From Octopus vulgaris (Eukaryota), in the NCBI GenBank assembly GCA_951406725.2, contig OX597821.1, forward strand, positions 59,582,001-59,646,000: a DNA stretch of 64,000 nt. Direction: 5' to 3'. Positions 37,963 to 50,458 of the stretch are shown piece after piece (the stretch's first letter is position 1; each line of letters starts with the position of its first letter). The notes beneath the pieces were generated by a model, which worked only from the letters and a program-made list of their open reading frames with translations, did no database searches and was not told the DNA's origin. The translations under genes and the position numbers were made by a program.

Positions 37963-38004
<42 letters not shown>

Positions 38005-38607
38005 ACAGATTTTTTTCAGTTTGGGTCTACCAAATCCACTCACAGAGCTTTGGCCAGATCAGGGCATAGTAGAAAAAACCTACCCAAGATGCCATGCAGT
38101 GACAATGAGCTCCAAACCCACATGATTGGGAACCAAGCCACTCAACTACACAGCCACACCTTCATATACCACACATACCCTCAAATACTATATTTACCAG
38201 CATACAAGTCAATGTAGTGTATTGTGTAAACATGTAGCATAAGCATTCAAACATTGTCAATGTCTTTCCAAATCCAGTTTGCATTTCACATGGAATTTTT
38301 GATCCACCAAAGCTGTCTTGTTGTATAAGTCAACTACCTTTCTTTTGGCCGTAAAGTTTGGCCTGAAAAATTTGACTTGTAAGTTGAAAAATACAATAAG
38401 CAATGGAGTTCAAGATAGTAAGTAACAAATCAAGATTTTGTGTTAACTTGCAATCAATTATTCAGACTGGGTGCTTGCTACAAAGGTGACTCTATTAAAG
38501 TCATTTAAAAGAAAGGGCAAAAAGTAGTTATGCACATTAGCAGTGCTTTTATGTTTATTATCTGTACAACCTGCTTCTTTTCGATCTATATTTTTCTTCA
38601 TTAAATA

Positions 38608-38998
38608 GGTACAGGTGTGGCCATGATGTTAAGATACTCCCTTTGCAACCACATAGTTTCAGGGTTCAGTACACTGCACGGCATCTAAGGCAACTATTTT
38701 CTTCTATAACCCTTGTGAGTGAAGTTGGTAGACAGAAACGAGAGAGAGAGAAAGAGTGTGTGTGTGTATTGTCTTTGTGCATGTCTTTACTCCCACCCTG
38801 ACTGCTTGACAACCTGGGTTAGTAAACTTATGCCACAATAATTTAGCAGTTTCACAAGAGAGACCAATAGAATAAGCCCCAGGTTTAATACAAAAACTAA
38901 TAAGTACAAGGATATTGAACTATTTCACTAAACCCTTCAAGAAAGATACTGCAGCATGGACACAGTCCAATGACTGAAACTAGTAAAAGTTAAAAGAT
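38608..38998 (+). mobile_element. SINE family A, diverged
   Basis: Homology to family A head, body and tail. Confidence 0.7.
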
Positions 38999-40607
38999 AT
39001 CTGAAGATGGTGGCTTGGCAGAATGATGAGAGAACTGGACAAAATGTCTGTGGTATTTTGTAACAGTTCTTTATGTACTGAGTTCAATTCTTGCTGGGAT
39101 TTATTTTGCTTTTATCATTCCAGAATTAATATAATAAAATACCAGTCATAAGCCAAGTGAGATCATAGCTATGGTTGATGCCAGTGTTGCATAACTGGCC
39201 TATTTAAAAGTACCTTTCAATTATCAGGCAATATGCTGTGCTTGAGAAAACCTGTCGAGTCAAGAGAAATTGTTGTTGTGGCTGATGCCACAACAACATG
39301 CTGGTGACATGTAAAAAAAACAAAAAACACCACTCGAGCATGGCTGATGCCAGTGCCAGTGACACGAAAAAAGCACCATTTGAGCATGGTCAATGCCAGT
39401 TCCGTCTGACTGGCCTCCATACTGGTGGCACATAAAAAACACCCACTACACTCTCGGAGTGGTTGGCATTAGGAAGGGCACCCAGCTGTAGAAACTCTGT
39501 CAAATCAGATTTGAGCCTGGTGCAGCCTCCTGGATTGCCAGTCCTCTGTCAAACCATCTAACCCATGCCAGCATAGAAAGCGGATGTTAAACGATGATGA
39601 TGATGTACTGGGATTGATTTAATATTCCTCTAAAGCATTCCAGATCATCATCATTTAATGTCCGTTTTCCATGCAGGCATGGTTTGAATGTGAATAGAAT
39701 TAAAACAGAATACATTTCTTTTATTGAAATACATTTTTATACATCAAAAATTTCACCAATACCTGCCACCAATCTTAGTTTTCTAATATTCTAGGCAATA
39801 GGAGATTTTCTTCATTTCTAGAAGATGCAAAAATAGGAACAAAATTGTTTAGCTTCTACAGAAAAATCCTGTTTTGACACCCTTAAATAGCAGCTTATCA
39901 ATAAGCTATTTCTGTCACATTTACAATAACTTTTCTCTTATCTCAAGCTTTACAATCCAAGATTTCCAAGGCTGAAGCGTTCATAAAAAATATAAACTAA
40001 GCATGATTAACTAATTTCAATTAACACAGTTGAACAAACAACACATAATTAGTCCACACCATACATAATTTAATAGCTAACGTGCATAGCCTAGTGGTTA
40101 GGATGTTACACTTATGAATGCAAAATTTTGGTTTCAATTCTAAGACTGGGTGGTGTGCTGTATTTTTGAGCAAAACACTTCATGTTGTTCCAGTCAATTC
40201 AGCTGTAAAATGAGTAACCCCTGGGATGGACTGGCACCTTGTTTTTTTTTGGGGGGGGGGATGCTCTGATCTTGGTCACTTATGCCCCATGGAAACTGGG
40301 TAACCGGTTATATGAGCTCTTCGACTCAAGATAGTCATGTCCAGAGGTTGTTGATGATGACCTTGTGTTTTCAGGGCATGACATACAAGAAGGCAGAGAA
40401 AATAAACACAGCTATTATATATCAGGTTACATGCTAAATGATAAATATCAACAAAGAAGAATTGGTAATAAATGGAAAAGGAAACTAGTTTGTGCAATGT
40501 GAAAAATCAAATCCACATTGTCTGACAGACAAACTTTCAGCTGTATTTATCATTACTCAGCAGCTCAGTGATGTTCACTTGCAATCATATTCTGGATTTC
40601 TCTATAT

Positions 40608-40782
40608 CTGTGTGTGTGTGTGCGCGCGCGTGCGTGTGTATGTGTCTCTCAGTGTGTATGTGTCTCTCAGTGTGTGTGTGTGTCTATCTGTGTCTCTCTC
40701 TCTGTCTCTCACTCAGCGTGTGTGTGTGTGTCTCTCTCTCTCAGTATGTGAGTGTGTGTGTATGTGTGTCTGTGTGTGTGTA
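40608..40782. repeat. Compound (GT)n/(CT)n microsatellite
   Basis: Read directly; it explains the low-complexity ORFs at 40492 and 40568. Confidence 0.9.
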
Positions 40783-41821
40783 TTTGCATGTTCATGTATA
40801 TATATTCAATTTCCTTTTTCATTTTCAGTTTCATCTAAATTATAGCAACTATGGCCAAAGGCTGGCACACCAGCTGTAGCAGTGCTGTAAGAAGCCATTG
40901 CCTCTTACAGCATGTGTGTACATGTGTATAAACATACACAGAAGAGGAACACTTGTAAATGTCACGTAGGCCATTCAACAATTATCTTAAACAATTCAAC
41001 AATGGAACTACTACAGATTATATCAAAAGATAAAGTAAATGTCTATACACACACACACACACACATACACACACACACAAAGTTATAGTTTTATCAAAAC
41101 TATATAGCAACACAATTTCAAAAACCTTATTTTTTCCTAATGTTTAAATACATTGCTGACTACCTGAATCAGAGATCAATAGAATTTTTTCATATCAATT
41201 CAAAATAAAGTAATATTGCCATGATAAAATTATAACTGGAAGTCAATTCTTGATGTGTTTTATAAACTTAAGACACTAAATATATGGAACAAAGCCAAAA
41301 GAGCTTACGTAATTTTCATGTTTGTTTAGATGCCACAGAAAGATTTAGTAAAGTAAATATCCAAATGACATTAAGTGGAAGAGTAACAGAAAGCCTTGGA
41401 ATTAGCGTGTGGTCATGTCATCTGTTGAAAGCTGTCCTTGTCTGTGAGACAGTGGACGTAAACTGTCAGGTGACTTTATCAATATAGATGTAAGACATGA
41501 TTAAATTATGAAGACAAGATAAAACGATGAGAAAAATACCAAGTATTTCATTTTTGAATTTGGAGAAGAGAGGGTATGTCATTGATGAGGTCACAAATGC
41601 TTATCAAAGGACATTGACTAATAATAATAAAAGAAGTGAAATAAAACCAGTGCATGTGTTTATTATTGGCATAATGACCCTCCCAAGATACATAATATTG
41701 TGTAACCAACTTTTTATTGATTTACTAGAAAGAAGAAAAGAAAGACAATCTTTTACACTAGTGTAGGATAAGTTGGATGGGATAGCTATTAGACGAATGA
41801 TTAATTAACCACATGATGATG

Positions 41822-42582
41822 ATGGTTCCATGTTCAGTCCCACTGCATGGCACCTTCAGTAAATGTATTCTACTGTAGCCTCGGGCTGACCAAGGCCTTG
41901 TGAGTGGATTTGGTAAATGAAAACTGAAAAAAGCCCATTGTGTGTGTGTGTGTAAATATATATACACACACACATACATAAATACATGGGACATTGTGTC
42001 AGTGTTTGTCTCCAACATCGCTTGACAACCAGTGTTAGTGCGTTTACATCCCTGTAACTAAGCAGTTTGACAAAAGTCACCGATAGAATAAGTACCAGGC
42101 TTAAAAAAAAGTGTCAATTTATTTGATGATAAATTCTTCAAGGCTATGCCCTAGCATGGCCACAGTCTAATGACCAAAACAAGATAAAATATTGGCTTTA
42201 ATTTAGAAACAAGATCAAAACATTGCTGTGTGATTAAGAAGCTCACTTTGCAACCATGTGGCTTAGGTTCCAGTCCCATTGGGTGGCACCTTGGACAAGT
42301 ATCTTCTACTATAATACTTTGCTAATCTATGCCTTGTGGTTGAATTTGGTGAATGAAAACTGTGCAGAAGCCTTTCATGTATATGTGTGTCTTTGAGTTT
42401 GTATCCCATTTCCATCACTTGACAACTGGTGTTGGTTTGTTTATGTCACCATAATTCAACAGTCTGGCAAAAGAGTCTGACAGAATAACTATTAGATTTT
42501 TAAATAAACACCAGGGCTGATTTGTTTGACTAAGGCAGTATCCAAGCATGGCTGCAGTCCAATGACTTAAACAAATAAAAGA
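41822..42582 (+). mobile_element. Two tandem SINE family A copies (41822-42188, 42225-42582)
   Basis: Each has the B box, body and 3' tail. Confidence 0.75.
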
Positions 42583-43131
42583 AGGTAAATTGCATTAATT
42601 AGAGGATCTTTAGTTTTACATCTTTGGTACCTGAAATACCCATTTCACATTTATGAGAAGCCAATTTAGATAAGGGCCACAGTAATTGCCATTACAGCTT
42701 GAGCTGTGTCTTCTGGCATTTACATCCAATACATCCACAACTCAATTTAAATCAAGAATCATTTCAGGCACTAAGCTTCATTTTCTTCATATAGAGAAAT
42801 TCCAATATCACTAATCTCGGTAAAATATCAGAAGTCAATCAAAGAATATTCTGAAATTTAGATTTAAATTTTTTTTTTTTTTACAAAGTAAGTATGAAAT
42901 AATCAATCAATCATGAAGGGATCCAAATGATCAGCACATTTCACATCATCAATCCATCAAATATGAAATAAAACAATATAAAGAGTGAATTCTTTCATTT
43001 GATGAAACATTATTTAGACTGACTTTGAAATTAAATGTCACAAATACAATGTAAAATAAGAAGGTGTTGTTAATGTAACTTCAGTTTTCCTATCCTATTA
43101 ATTAATAGTATCCATCCCAAAGATATCTAAG

Positions 43132-43610
43132 TGGAGGTCCGTAGCTTAGTGGTTAGGGTGTTGGGCTCAGGATTGTGAGATGTTTTGATTCCTGGACTTG
43201 GTGATGTGTTGTATTCTTGAGCAAATCACTTCATTTCATGTTGTTCCACTTCACTCCTGCTATGGACTGGTATTCCATCCAGGAGTGGGAGGATATATGC
43301 TCCACAGAAACTAGGGAACTGGCTCTATGAGTCTAAGTAAAAATAAAGGTAAAATTACCATCTTGAGTCACACTGACTCATAAGAGCCAGTTTCCTAATT
43401 TTATGGTGTATACATCTCCCGCACAGACAGGATGCCAGTCTATCACAGGATTACACATTTTTGGAGAGTATTTTGGAAGTATTTTGCTCAAGGACACAAC
43501 ACATCGCCCAATCCAGGAATCAAAACCATAGTCTTATGATTATGAATCCAACACCCTAACCGCTAAGCCACGTGTCTCCACAAGTCTATATAACTCGGAA
43601 AGGATCTTTA
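43132..43610. mobile_element. Family D-related SINE (+) with a sister copy (-) inserted in its tail
   Basis: Heads GTGGAGG..CGT.GCTTAG.GGTTAGGGTGTTGG at opposite ends; AGTCTA repeated at 43330-43335 and 43583-43588. Confidence 0.7.
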
Positions 43611-44380
43611 TATATATCAAAGCTATCAAACTATCACTTTCACCTGTCCTTCCTCGTATACATGTTCTATACATCTATGTATTATATGGATCCATACAAA
43701 GAGAATTTCCATTCAAGTGAGAAGGTGACAAACTGACAGAATTGTTAACACATTGGACAAAATGCTCAACTGTATTTCTTCCAGTTCTCTACATTCTGAA
43801 TTTAAATGCCACTCAGGTCAAGATTGTCTTCCATTCTTTCAGGGTTGATAAAATAAGTACCACTCAAGCACTGGGTTAGCTGTAATCGATGTTCTCCCAC
43901 CACTCAAAAAAATTACTGGCCTTATGTCAAAATTAGAAAGAATTACTATGGCAGGTATATTTCTAATTGAACTTCATTCTTAACATTGATTACTCAGATA
44001 TAAAATGGAGATGGTGCTTAACTTCAACTAAGGAGATAGAATGTCTTATTCAGCACTAATAGCAGCATCACTAACAGCAGTAATACATACTAACAAATAC
44101 TAGGCTTGAGTTCATAACCTTTTAATTAATAGTTCAGCACCTTAATTATTCAACTGTAACAATGGGTTGCAAAACAATATTGTTTTATAATAACTCATGG
44201 GGTACATGCAGAACAGAGATAATCCAATCAATAATACATCTATTGATTATTAATACACACTAGCAAATTCAAACATGAATATCTGGTCACTGTTGTTTTT
44301 CATCATCTGAGAACACCTCCCTTTACACAATATGTATAAAATGCAGGTACAGGTTCAGCAATGTTTTGAAAATGGTTTAA

Positions 44381-44602
44381 CCCTTTTGTTACCATATTTC
44401 CGTTGAGATGCTCTGTGTTTCTTTCAATTTATTTTAAATATAACAAAGACTTTAGTAAATTAATTTAGTTATCATTAAGCTAGTGTTAGGAACATAAATT
44501 TTGACTAAAGTTTGGTGGAAGATTTTAATTCAGAACTTTTGAAAACAAAACATTTGTGCTACAAAACTAGAAGTGGTTTCAGACAGGTTGGTATCAAAAG
44601 GG
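44381..44602. mobile_element. piggyBac-like MITE family 2 (222 bp)
   Basis: TTAA|CCCTTTTG...CAAAAGGG|TAAA; reverse complement of 33810-34031. Confidence 0.8.
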
Positions 44603-46234
44603 TAAAGGGTTCTGTGCTAAAATATCACTGCATATTCTTAGTCCATCTTCCATACTCTTAGTCCATCTGATGAGCTTTTACACAGTTCCTGTCTACCAAT
44701 TTTCACTCACATGGCTATGATAAAAAACATTTGTGTAAGATATTCTCAATAGAATTTAACCTAGAACCATGTAGCTCTAAAGCAAACTTAACCAGCAATG
44801 CCAAGCCCCTTAGTCTAAAGTAGCATATACAATTCATTAAAGAGACAGTAAGTTATGATCATGAGATGGAAAATATAGCCATTTTACTCATTTTGATCAT
44901 TGGACTGCAGCACCTAGAAAGGCTTACTAGAACAAATCGATCACAGTAGTTAGTTTCTAGAATCTTGAACTTATTCTATTAAACACTTTTGCCAAACTTC
45001 TAAGTTATGGGAACATAAAAAAAGCAACATCAGTTGTCAAGCAGAAGTGGAGAATAAACACACACAATATATATATATTCTTTTGTTCTTTGATTTGTTT
45101 CTGTCATTTGATTGAGGCCATGCTGGGACATCACCTTGAAAGGTTTTTAGTCAAACAAATTGACCCCAGGACTTGTTTCTTAAGCCTAGTACTTATTCTG
45201 TCAGTCTCTTTTGCCAAATCGCTAAGTTAAAGGGACGTAAACACACTGACACTGTTTGTCAAGTGGTGATGTGGGAACAAACATACACACACGTACACAT
45301 ACACACCCACATACACGCACACAACATTTATTTTCTGATAATCAAATTCACTCACAAAGCATTGGTTGACACTAGCTCAATGCACCACACGGTGAGACTG
45401 AACTCGAGGTCACTTGGTTGCAAAAGAAAGTGAACCTCTTAACCATACAACCACACCTGCATGCCTAAAGAATTTAGAAAAAGGAAAACCCAACACAATG
45501 TAATTAACAATGTAATTAATAAACATGTATTGCTGAGAGAATTCAGTCGCTGAATAACCAAAACAAAAGACTATTACAGAAGAAGGATGTGAAAAAAGGT
45601 AGGTTTTTTTTTTATTTTCAGATAAAAATCTTCAATTTTTTAAATTTATTTATTTATTTTTTAGTTGGCTTTTCAAAGTTTCTTATCAGCAAGTAAATAA
45701 CGTCCATAAATTGTTATGTGATACTGGTCACGTAGACTACTGTTCATTTGATTAAACTTAACACAAATTTGCATTTTAAAAAACTGTTTATCATTAAGCA
45801 TGGTTATGTGGTTAAGAAGCTTGTTTTACAACCACATTCTTTCAGGTTCAGTCCCACTGTGCAACACCTTGGGCAAATGTCTACTATAACCCTGGGTTGA
45901 CGAATGCCTTGTGAGTGAATTTGGTAGACAGACACTGTGTGAAAGACTGTCATATGTATGTATCTGTGTGTATTTTTGTGTTTGTACTCCTGCCATCACT
46001 TGACAACCGGTGTTGGTTTCTTTATATCCCTGTAACTTAGTAGTTCTGCAAAAAAGACTGGCAGATTAAGTACCTGACTTAGTCAATTTGTTAGGCTAAA
46101 CCCTTCAAGGCATCACCTTGGCATTGCCATAATCCACTGATTGAAAGAAAAGATAAAAAGTAGCTAAAATCCTAGAGCAAGCTGCATTTTCCAGACTATA
46201 AAACTGATGAGTACATTGTTTAGAATGATAGATT

Positions 46235-46453
46235 GCATCAGTTGTTAGCTGTTGAGACGCTGCATCCTTCAAAGCATCCTTGCTGCCTGAAATTTGCCAA
46301 CAGTACACCTGATGCCCCCCACATTTTGTTTTAAAAGACTATAACAGTTCACTCCCTGTGCATCTTCTTTGTACCGTTCATGCAGTTTTGGTTACTTTTT
46401 CTGATGAGTTGTAGTGCAGCACCTGAGCACTATGTACAATAACTTCATTATTA
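46235..46453 (+). mobile_element. 3' terminal fragment of a LINE related to 46735-47843
   Basis: Encodes ASVVSC*DAASFKASLLPEICQQYT* (compare ASVVDCHDTASFKALMLSEIRRNYT*) and shares the 3' end GATGAGTTGTAGTGC..ACCTGAGCACT. Confidence 0.85.
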
Positions 46454-46732
46454 CGCATTCCCTTATTATTGTCTTATAGTATGTATATATTATTGTCTTG
46501 TATATATGTTTGTTCCTTCTGGAGCCATCCCTGGCTCATAAGGGCTGCTTTCCTGGTTTCCTTGGCATATAAGGTTTCCCACCTGGACAGGATGCCAGTC
46601 CATCACAGGTGAGCTGTAAGATACAGGAGGAAAGAGTGAGAGAAAGTTGTGGCAAAAGAGTCAGCAGAAGTTCGCCATTACCTTCTGCCGGAGGCGCGTG
46701 GAGCTTAGGGGTTTTCGCTCATAAACACACAC

Positions 46733-47764
46733 ATGGTGAAACTCTCTGCAATGGGTGTGGGGGATGACCTTTTTAACTGGTTGAAATCCTTCATCCTCAG
46801 CCGAAAGGAGGTAGTCACAGTTCTAGGACAGCACTCTACACCATATGAGATGTCATCGGGTGTACCACAGGGATCTGTCCTTGGTCCCCTCTTGTTTGTG
46901 GCATACATTAACGACATAGATGCCAATTTAAAGAATGCCACAGTATTGAAATATGCAGACGACATCAAGCTGTACCTTGAAATCAAGAGGACAGATCCTG
47001 ATGTCTACAACTCTTTCCTGCAATCAGACCTAGACACAATGCAGCAATGGATCACAGACTGGCAACTGAAACTGGCTGTGGACAAGTGTACCACCATGCA
47101 TTTTGGGAGAAAAAACCCTGCGTTCACATACTCCCTCCACAACACTGATATCAAGAAATCCTCTTGTGAGCGTGACCTAGGCATCACTGTCAGCAGTGAT
47201 TTGCGTTGGTCAAAGCATATCTCTAAGATTGTCAGGAAGGCCGAGGGTGTCTTGGCATCACTCAGCAGGTCTTTTGTTAGCCGCTCTCCAGCCATCTATT
47301 TAAAACTGTATACAGCTATGGTACGACCACACTTGGAATTCGCATCATCAGTTTGGAACCCCTATCTTGCACAGAACATTGACCTCCTGGAATCTGTCCA
47401 GAGACGTGCAACCAAACGCATACCCTCCATCAGACACCTACCATATTCTGAGCGCCTTGTTTCCCTGGGCATGGATTCACTGAAGCTCCGGCGTTTGGCG
47501 ACGGACTTGGTAAACACCCACAAAGTTATCAACCACCTCACCAACAACAACACTGAACACCTTTTTGATCTCCATGTGTCTAACACACGTGGACATGCCT
47601 ACAAAGTCAGAAAACAATACAGCTCCCATGACTTTCGGAAACATTTTTTCACGCTCAGAGTTGCTGAAGCATGGAATAAACTGCCTGCGTCAGTTGTTGA
47701 CTGCCATGACACTGCATCTTTTAAGGCCCTCATGCTTTCCGAAATCCGCCGAAACTACACCTGA
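46733..47764 (+). CDS. Reverse transcriptase, C-terminal part of LINE ORF2 (CR1/L2 group), 5'-truncated
   Basis: 343 aa without stops; GVPQGSVLGPLLF, YADD, ERDLGI, LYTAMVRPHLEFASSVWNP, LESVQRRATK and WNKLP motifs. Starts after the DxxKAFD motif and has no endonuclease domain. Confidence 0.93.
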   Translation: MVKLSAMGVGDDLFNWLKSFILSRKEVVTVLGQHSTPYEMSSGVPQGSVLGPLLFVAYINDIDANLKNATVLKYADDIKLYLEIKRTDPDVYNSFLQSDLDTMQQWITDWQLKLAVDKCTTMHFGRKNPAFTYSLHNTDIKKSSCERDLGITVSSDLRWSKHISKIVRKAEGVLASLSRSFVSRSPAIYLKLYTAMVRPHLEFASSVWNPYLAQNIDLLESVQRRATKRIPSIRHLPYSERLVSLGMDSLKLRRLATDLVNTHKVINHLTNNNTEHLFDLHVSNTRGHAYKVRKQYSSHDFRKHFFTLRVAEAWNKLPASVVDCHDTASFKALMLSEIRRNYT

Positions 47765-47843
47765 TTATATATACACTTTAGATGAGTTGTAGTGCACCTG
47801 AGCACTGTACACAATTATTATTATTATTATTTATTATTATTAT
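46735..47843 (+). mobile_element. Young 5'-truncated CR1/L2-group LINE with (TTA)n tail
   Basis: Intact RT ORF, ~50-nt 3' UTR with a stem-loop, (TTA)n tail, no TSD. Confidence 0.9.
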
Positions 47844-48007
47844 CACCCGGTCTGAGATTCAAACCTGCGATCCCTCGACCGTGAGTCTGCTGCTCTAACC
47901 AGTAGGCCATGTGCCTCCACTTTATATATATATATATATTACGATATATGTAAACAAACAAAGTTTGCTTTTTTTTTTAGAAGCATTGAGATGTTAGAAA
48001 TATACAA

Positions 48008-48153
48008 ATATGGAAATATTTTATTCTGAAATGCATAATAATAATGGTGAATAGCATAAACCTGACTGGGCTTTCTGCAATATAAGGATGTTTTATCCTG
48101 TTTATGCTATTCAGCATTATTATTATGCATTTCAGAATAAAATATTTCCATAT
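48008..48153. repeat. 54-bp inverted repeat (1 mismatch)
   Basis: Arms 48008-48061 and 48100-48153, in a block bounded by (TA)n. Confidence 0.9.
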
Positions 48154-48251
48154 ATATATATACATACCGGAGTAAGCACATAAATGTGAAACAAGGTGGA
48201 AAAAAAGAGTACTGAAATACCAGAGATAGAGTAATATTAATTTTAACAAAA

Positions 48252-48287
48252 CTGTCCGATGAACGGGAACATGAAACTGAGTAATAG
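48252..48287 (+). ncRNA. Degenerate type I hammerhead-like motif
   Basis: CUGU-CCGAUGA-ACG(GGAA)CAU-GAAAC(UGA)GUA-AUAG: stems I, II and III can form, GUA triplet present, core has U4 to C. Confidence 0.5.
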
Positions 48288-48319
48288 CTTTTAGTATATT
48301 TCTACTGCTTTTAAATAAA

Positions 48320-48352
<33 letters not shown>

Positions 48353-48483
48353 CATATCAAAGGGAAATGGAATTTAATCAAAATTAAAAAATTTAATTAA
48401 AATTTACATTTCCAGTGGTCTAACGTGTAAAAAAAATTTAGTCAAAAAGACTATATATTAGTCATACAATATACACTATATCG

Positions 48484-48515
<32 letters not shown>

Positions 48516-48630
48516 CAAGTAAAGGTAATACCTCATTAAGGGATCATAAATCCAATGAAAATACTGGTCAGTTACCCATCTATAGAAAGTTCAACTATAA
48601 GGTAACCATGGTTCATATATTTATTTAAAG

Positions 48631-48707
48631 AATAAGGAGAAAATGGAGAGGTAATTATAAAAATTATTTATTAATTATATTTATTAATCACCTCTCCATT
48701 TTCTCCT

Positions 48708-48711
<4 letters not shown>
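48631..48711. repeat. Perfect 22-bp inverted repeat with AT-rich spacer
   Basis: AATAAGGAGAAAATGGAGAGGT (48631-48652) / ACCTCTCCATTTTCTCCTTATT (48690-48711). Confidence 0.9.
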
Positions 48712-48753
<42 letters not shown>

Positions 48754-49345
48754 TTGTTTAACGTCCATTTTCCATGCTAGCATGGGTTGGACGGTTTGAC
48801 AGGGATCTGGGAAGCCAGGAGTCTGCACCAGGCTCCAGTCTGATCTGGCAGTGTTTCTACAGCTGGATGCCTTTCCTAATGCCAACCACTCCATGAGTGT
48901 AGTGGGTGCTTTTTACGTGCCACAGGCACAGGGGCCAGAGGAGGCTGGCAATGGCCACAATCGGTTGGTGCAGTTTACTTGCCACCAGCACAGAAGCCAG
49001 TCAATGCGGCGCTGGCATATATATATATATATATATGGCTGTGGCACAATAAAGAACAATAAACTGTTTTATTATAAATAAAGATCTGTGAAGTCGAACG
49101 CTAAGTTAAATATCTATAATAAATTGTTATTGGAAGATGATCCTATCTAACTTTCAAAGATATAGTAACATGAAATGGATGTTTGAAACACTTAAATTGG
49201 GAAGGTAAGTGGACTATGGTCTTGGTTGCATTTATTTTACAGTATCAGATTTCCAGATTTAAATCTTGCCACATTTAATTTTATTAACCAAATCCATATC
49301 AACTAAATACATGCTTCTTTAGATATTAGGTATTAAAAACATGCA

Positions 49346-49712
49346 GACATAGGAGTGACTGTGTGGTAAGAAGCTTGCCTCCCAACCACATGGTTCCAGG
49401 TTCAGTCCCACTGTGTGGCAATTGGGGCAAGTGTCTTCTACTATAGCCTCAAGCCGACCAAAGCCTTGCAAGTGGATTTAGTAGATGGAAACTGAAAGAA
49501 GCCCATTGTACATATATGTATGTATGTATGTATGTATGTGTGAGTGTTTGTCCCCCCACCATCGCTTGACAACCGATGTTGGAGTGTTGTCATACCCGTA
49601 ACTTAGCAGTTCGGCAAAAGAGAACAATAGAATAAGTACCAGGCTTACGAAGTGTTCAACTAAAGGCGGTGCTCCAGCATGGCCGCAGTCAAGTGACTGA
49701 AACAAGTATAAG
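49346..49712 (+). mobile_element. SINE family A
   Basis: Full-length homology to family A. Confidence 0.85.
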
Positions 49713-50458
49713 AAACGCACAATTGAAAATACTAGCACTTAAGCAAGATATCAATAAAATTTCTTTCCTTTTTAAAAAAAATAATAAATACACAGTATAC
49801 AAATTTAAAATAAGGTTTATGTAAAGAAACAAAAGCACATTTAACTGGAAATCGACCTAACTAATAATCATTAGCAATGAATGACGTATCAAGGGAGGCT
49901 ACTCAAGTTTAGTAATTTTCTACTTAACAATACAGAAAAGCACATCGCAGTTTCTAGATGGTTACTACGGCTAACTAGTACTGTAGATTAGATTTCATGT
50001 TTTGTTGTTTTAAATTTAGGCTTCAAGTTTCTAAACTCAAAACTCCTAACAATCTGATCGGCCAAATTGATGAAATATGTATTACTAATATTCTGTCTAC
50101 TCCTAAGTTCCTTTTGCTTATAAAAAAGAAATTTTTTAGTGTTTAATTGCCTATGAAAGGAATTAGTTGCTATAGCTGGCTACAGAGTTACTGGTACCCA
50201 TGTTCAAAACCAATTTATGTTTTTAGAGAATTACAATTTCAAGTAGAGAAATTTCCTATGTATATTTAAATGGTATTTCACAAAAGAGTCATAGCTTGCA
50301 AAGAATTTATTTTGTAAAATTGGAGGTTTTGAATAAGATTAATTTACTTATTTATGGAACAATGAAATAAAAACAAAAACATGAAAAATAACGAAGCAGT
50401 TCCACCTAGCTACCATAAGATTCAGTTAATGTTAATAAATACAACATATTTGCATGTA

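Larger units (their letters stand above)
46507..47920 (-). mobile_element. SINE family E split by a LINE insertion
   Basis: 46507-46734 plus 47844-47920 reconstitute the intact copy at 56482-56788. Confidence 0.9.

Noticed and set aside
38255-38287. Minus-strand EMQTGFGKTLT, resembling a SecA/helicase Walker A motif
   Set aside because: It lies in a ~36-codon frame bounded by stops, with no good splice sites or other helicase motifs; likely chance.
41330-41469. Plus-strand exon candidate (TTTGTTTAG...CAG/GTGACT, open frame)
   Set aside because: The peptide is not recognised, no partner exons were found, and it conflicts with the apparent minus-strand bias. RNA-seq would be needed.
46401-46432. 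CTGATGAG at a LINE 3' end as a hammerhead
   Set aside because: No GAAA box follows, and the sister copy reads TAGATGAG. CTGATGAG at ~17058 is likewise a SINE tail variant.
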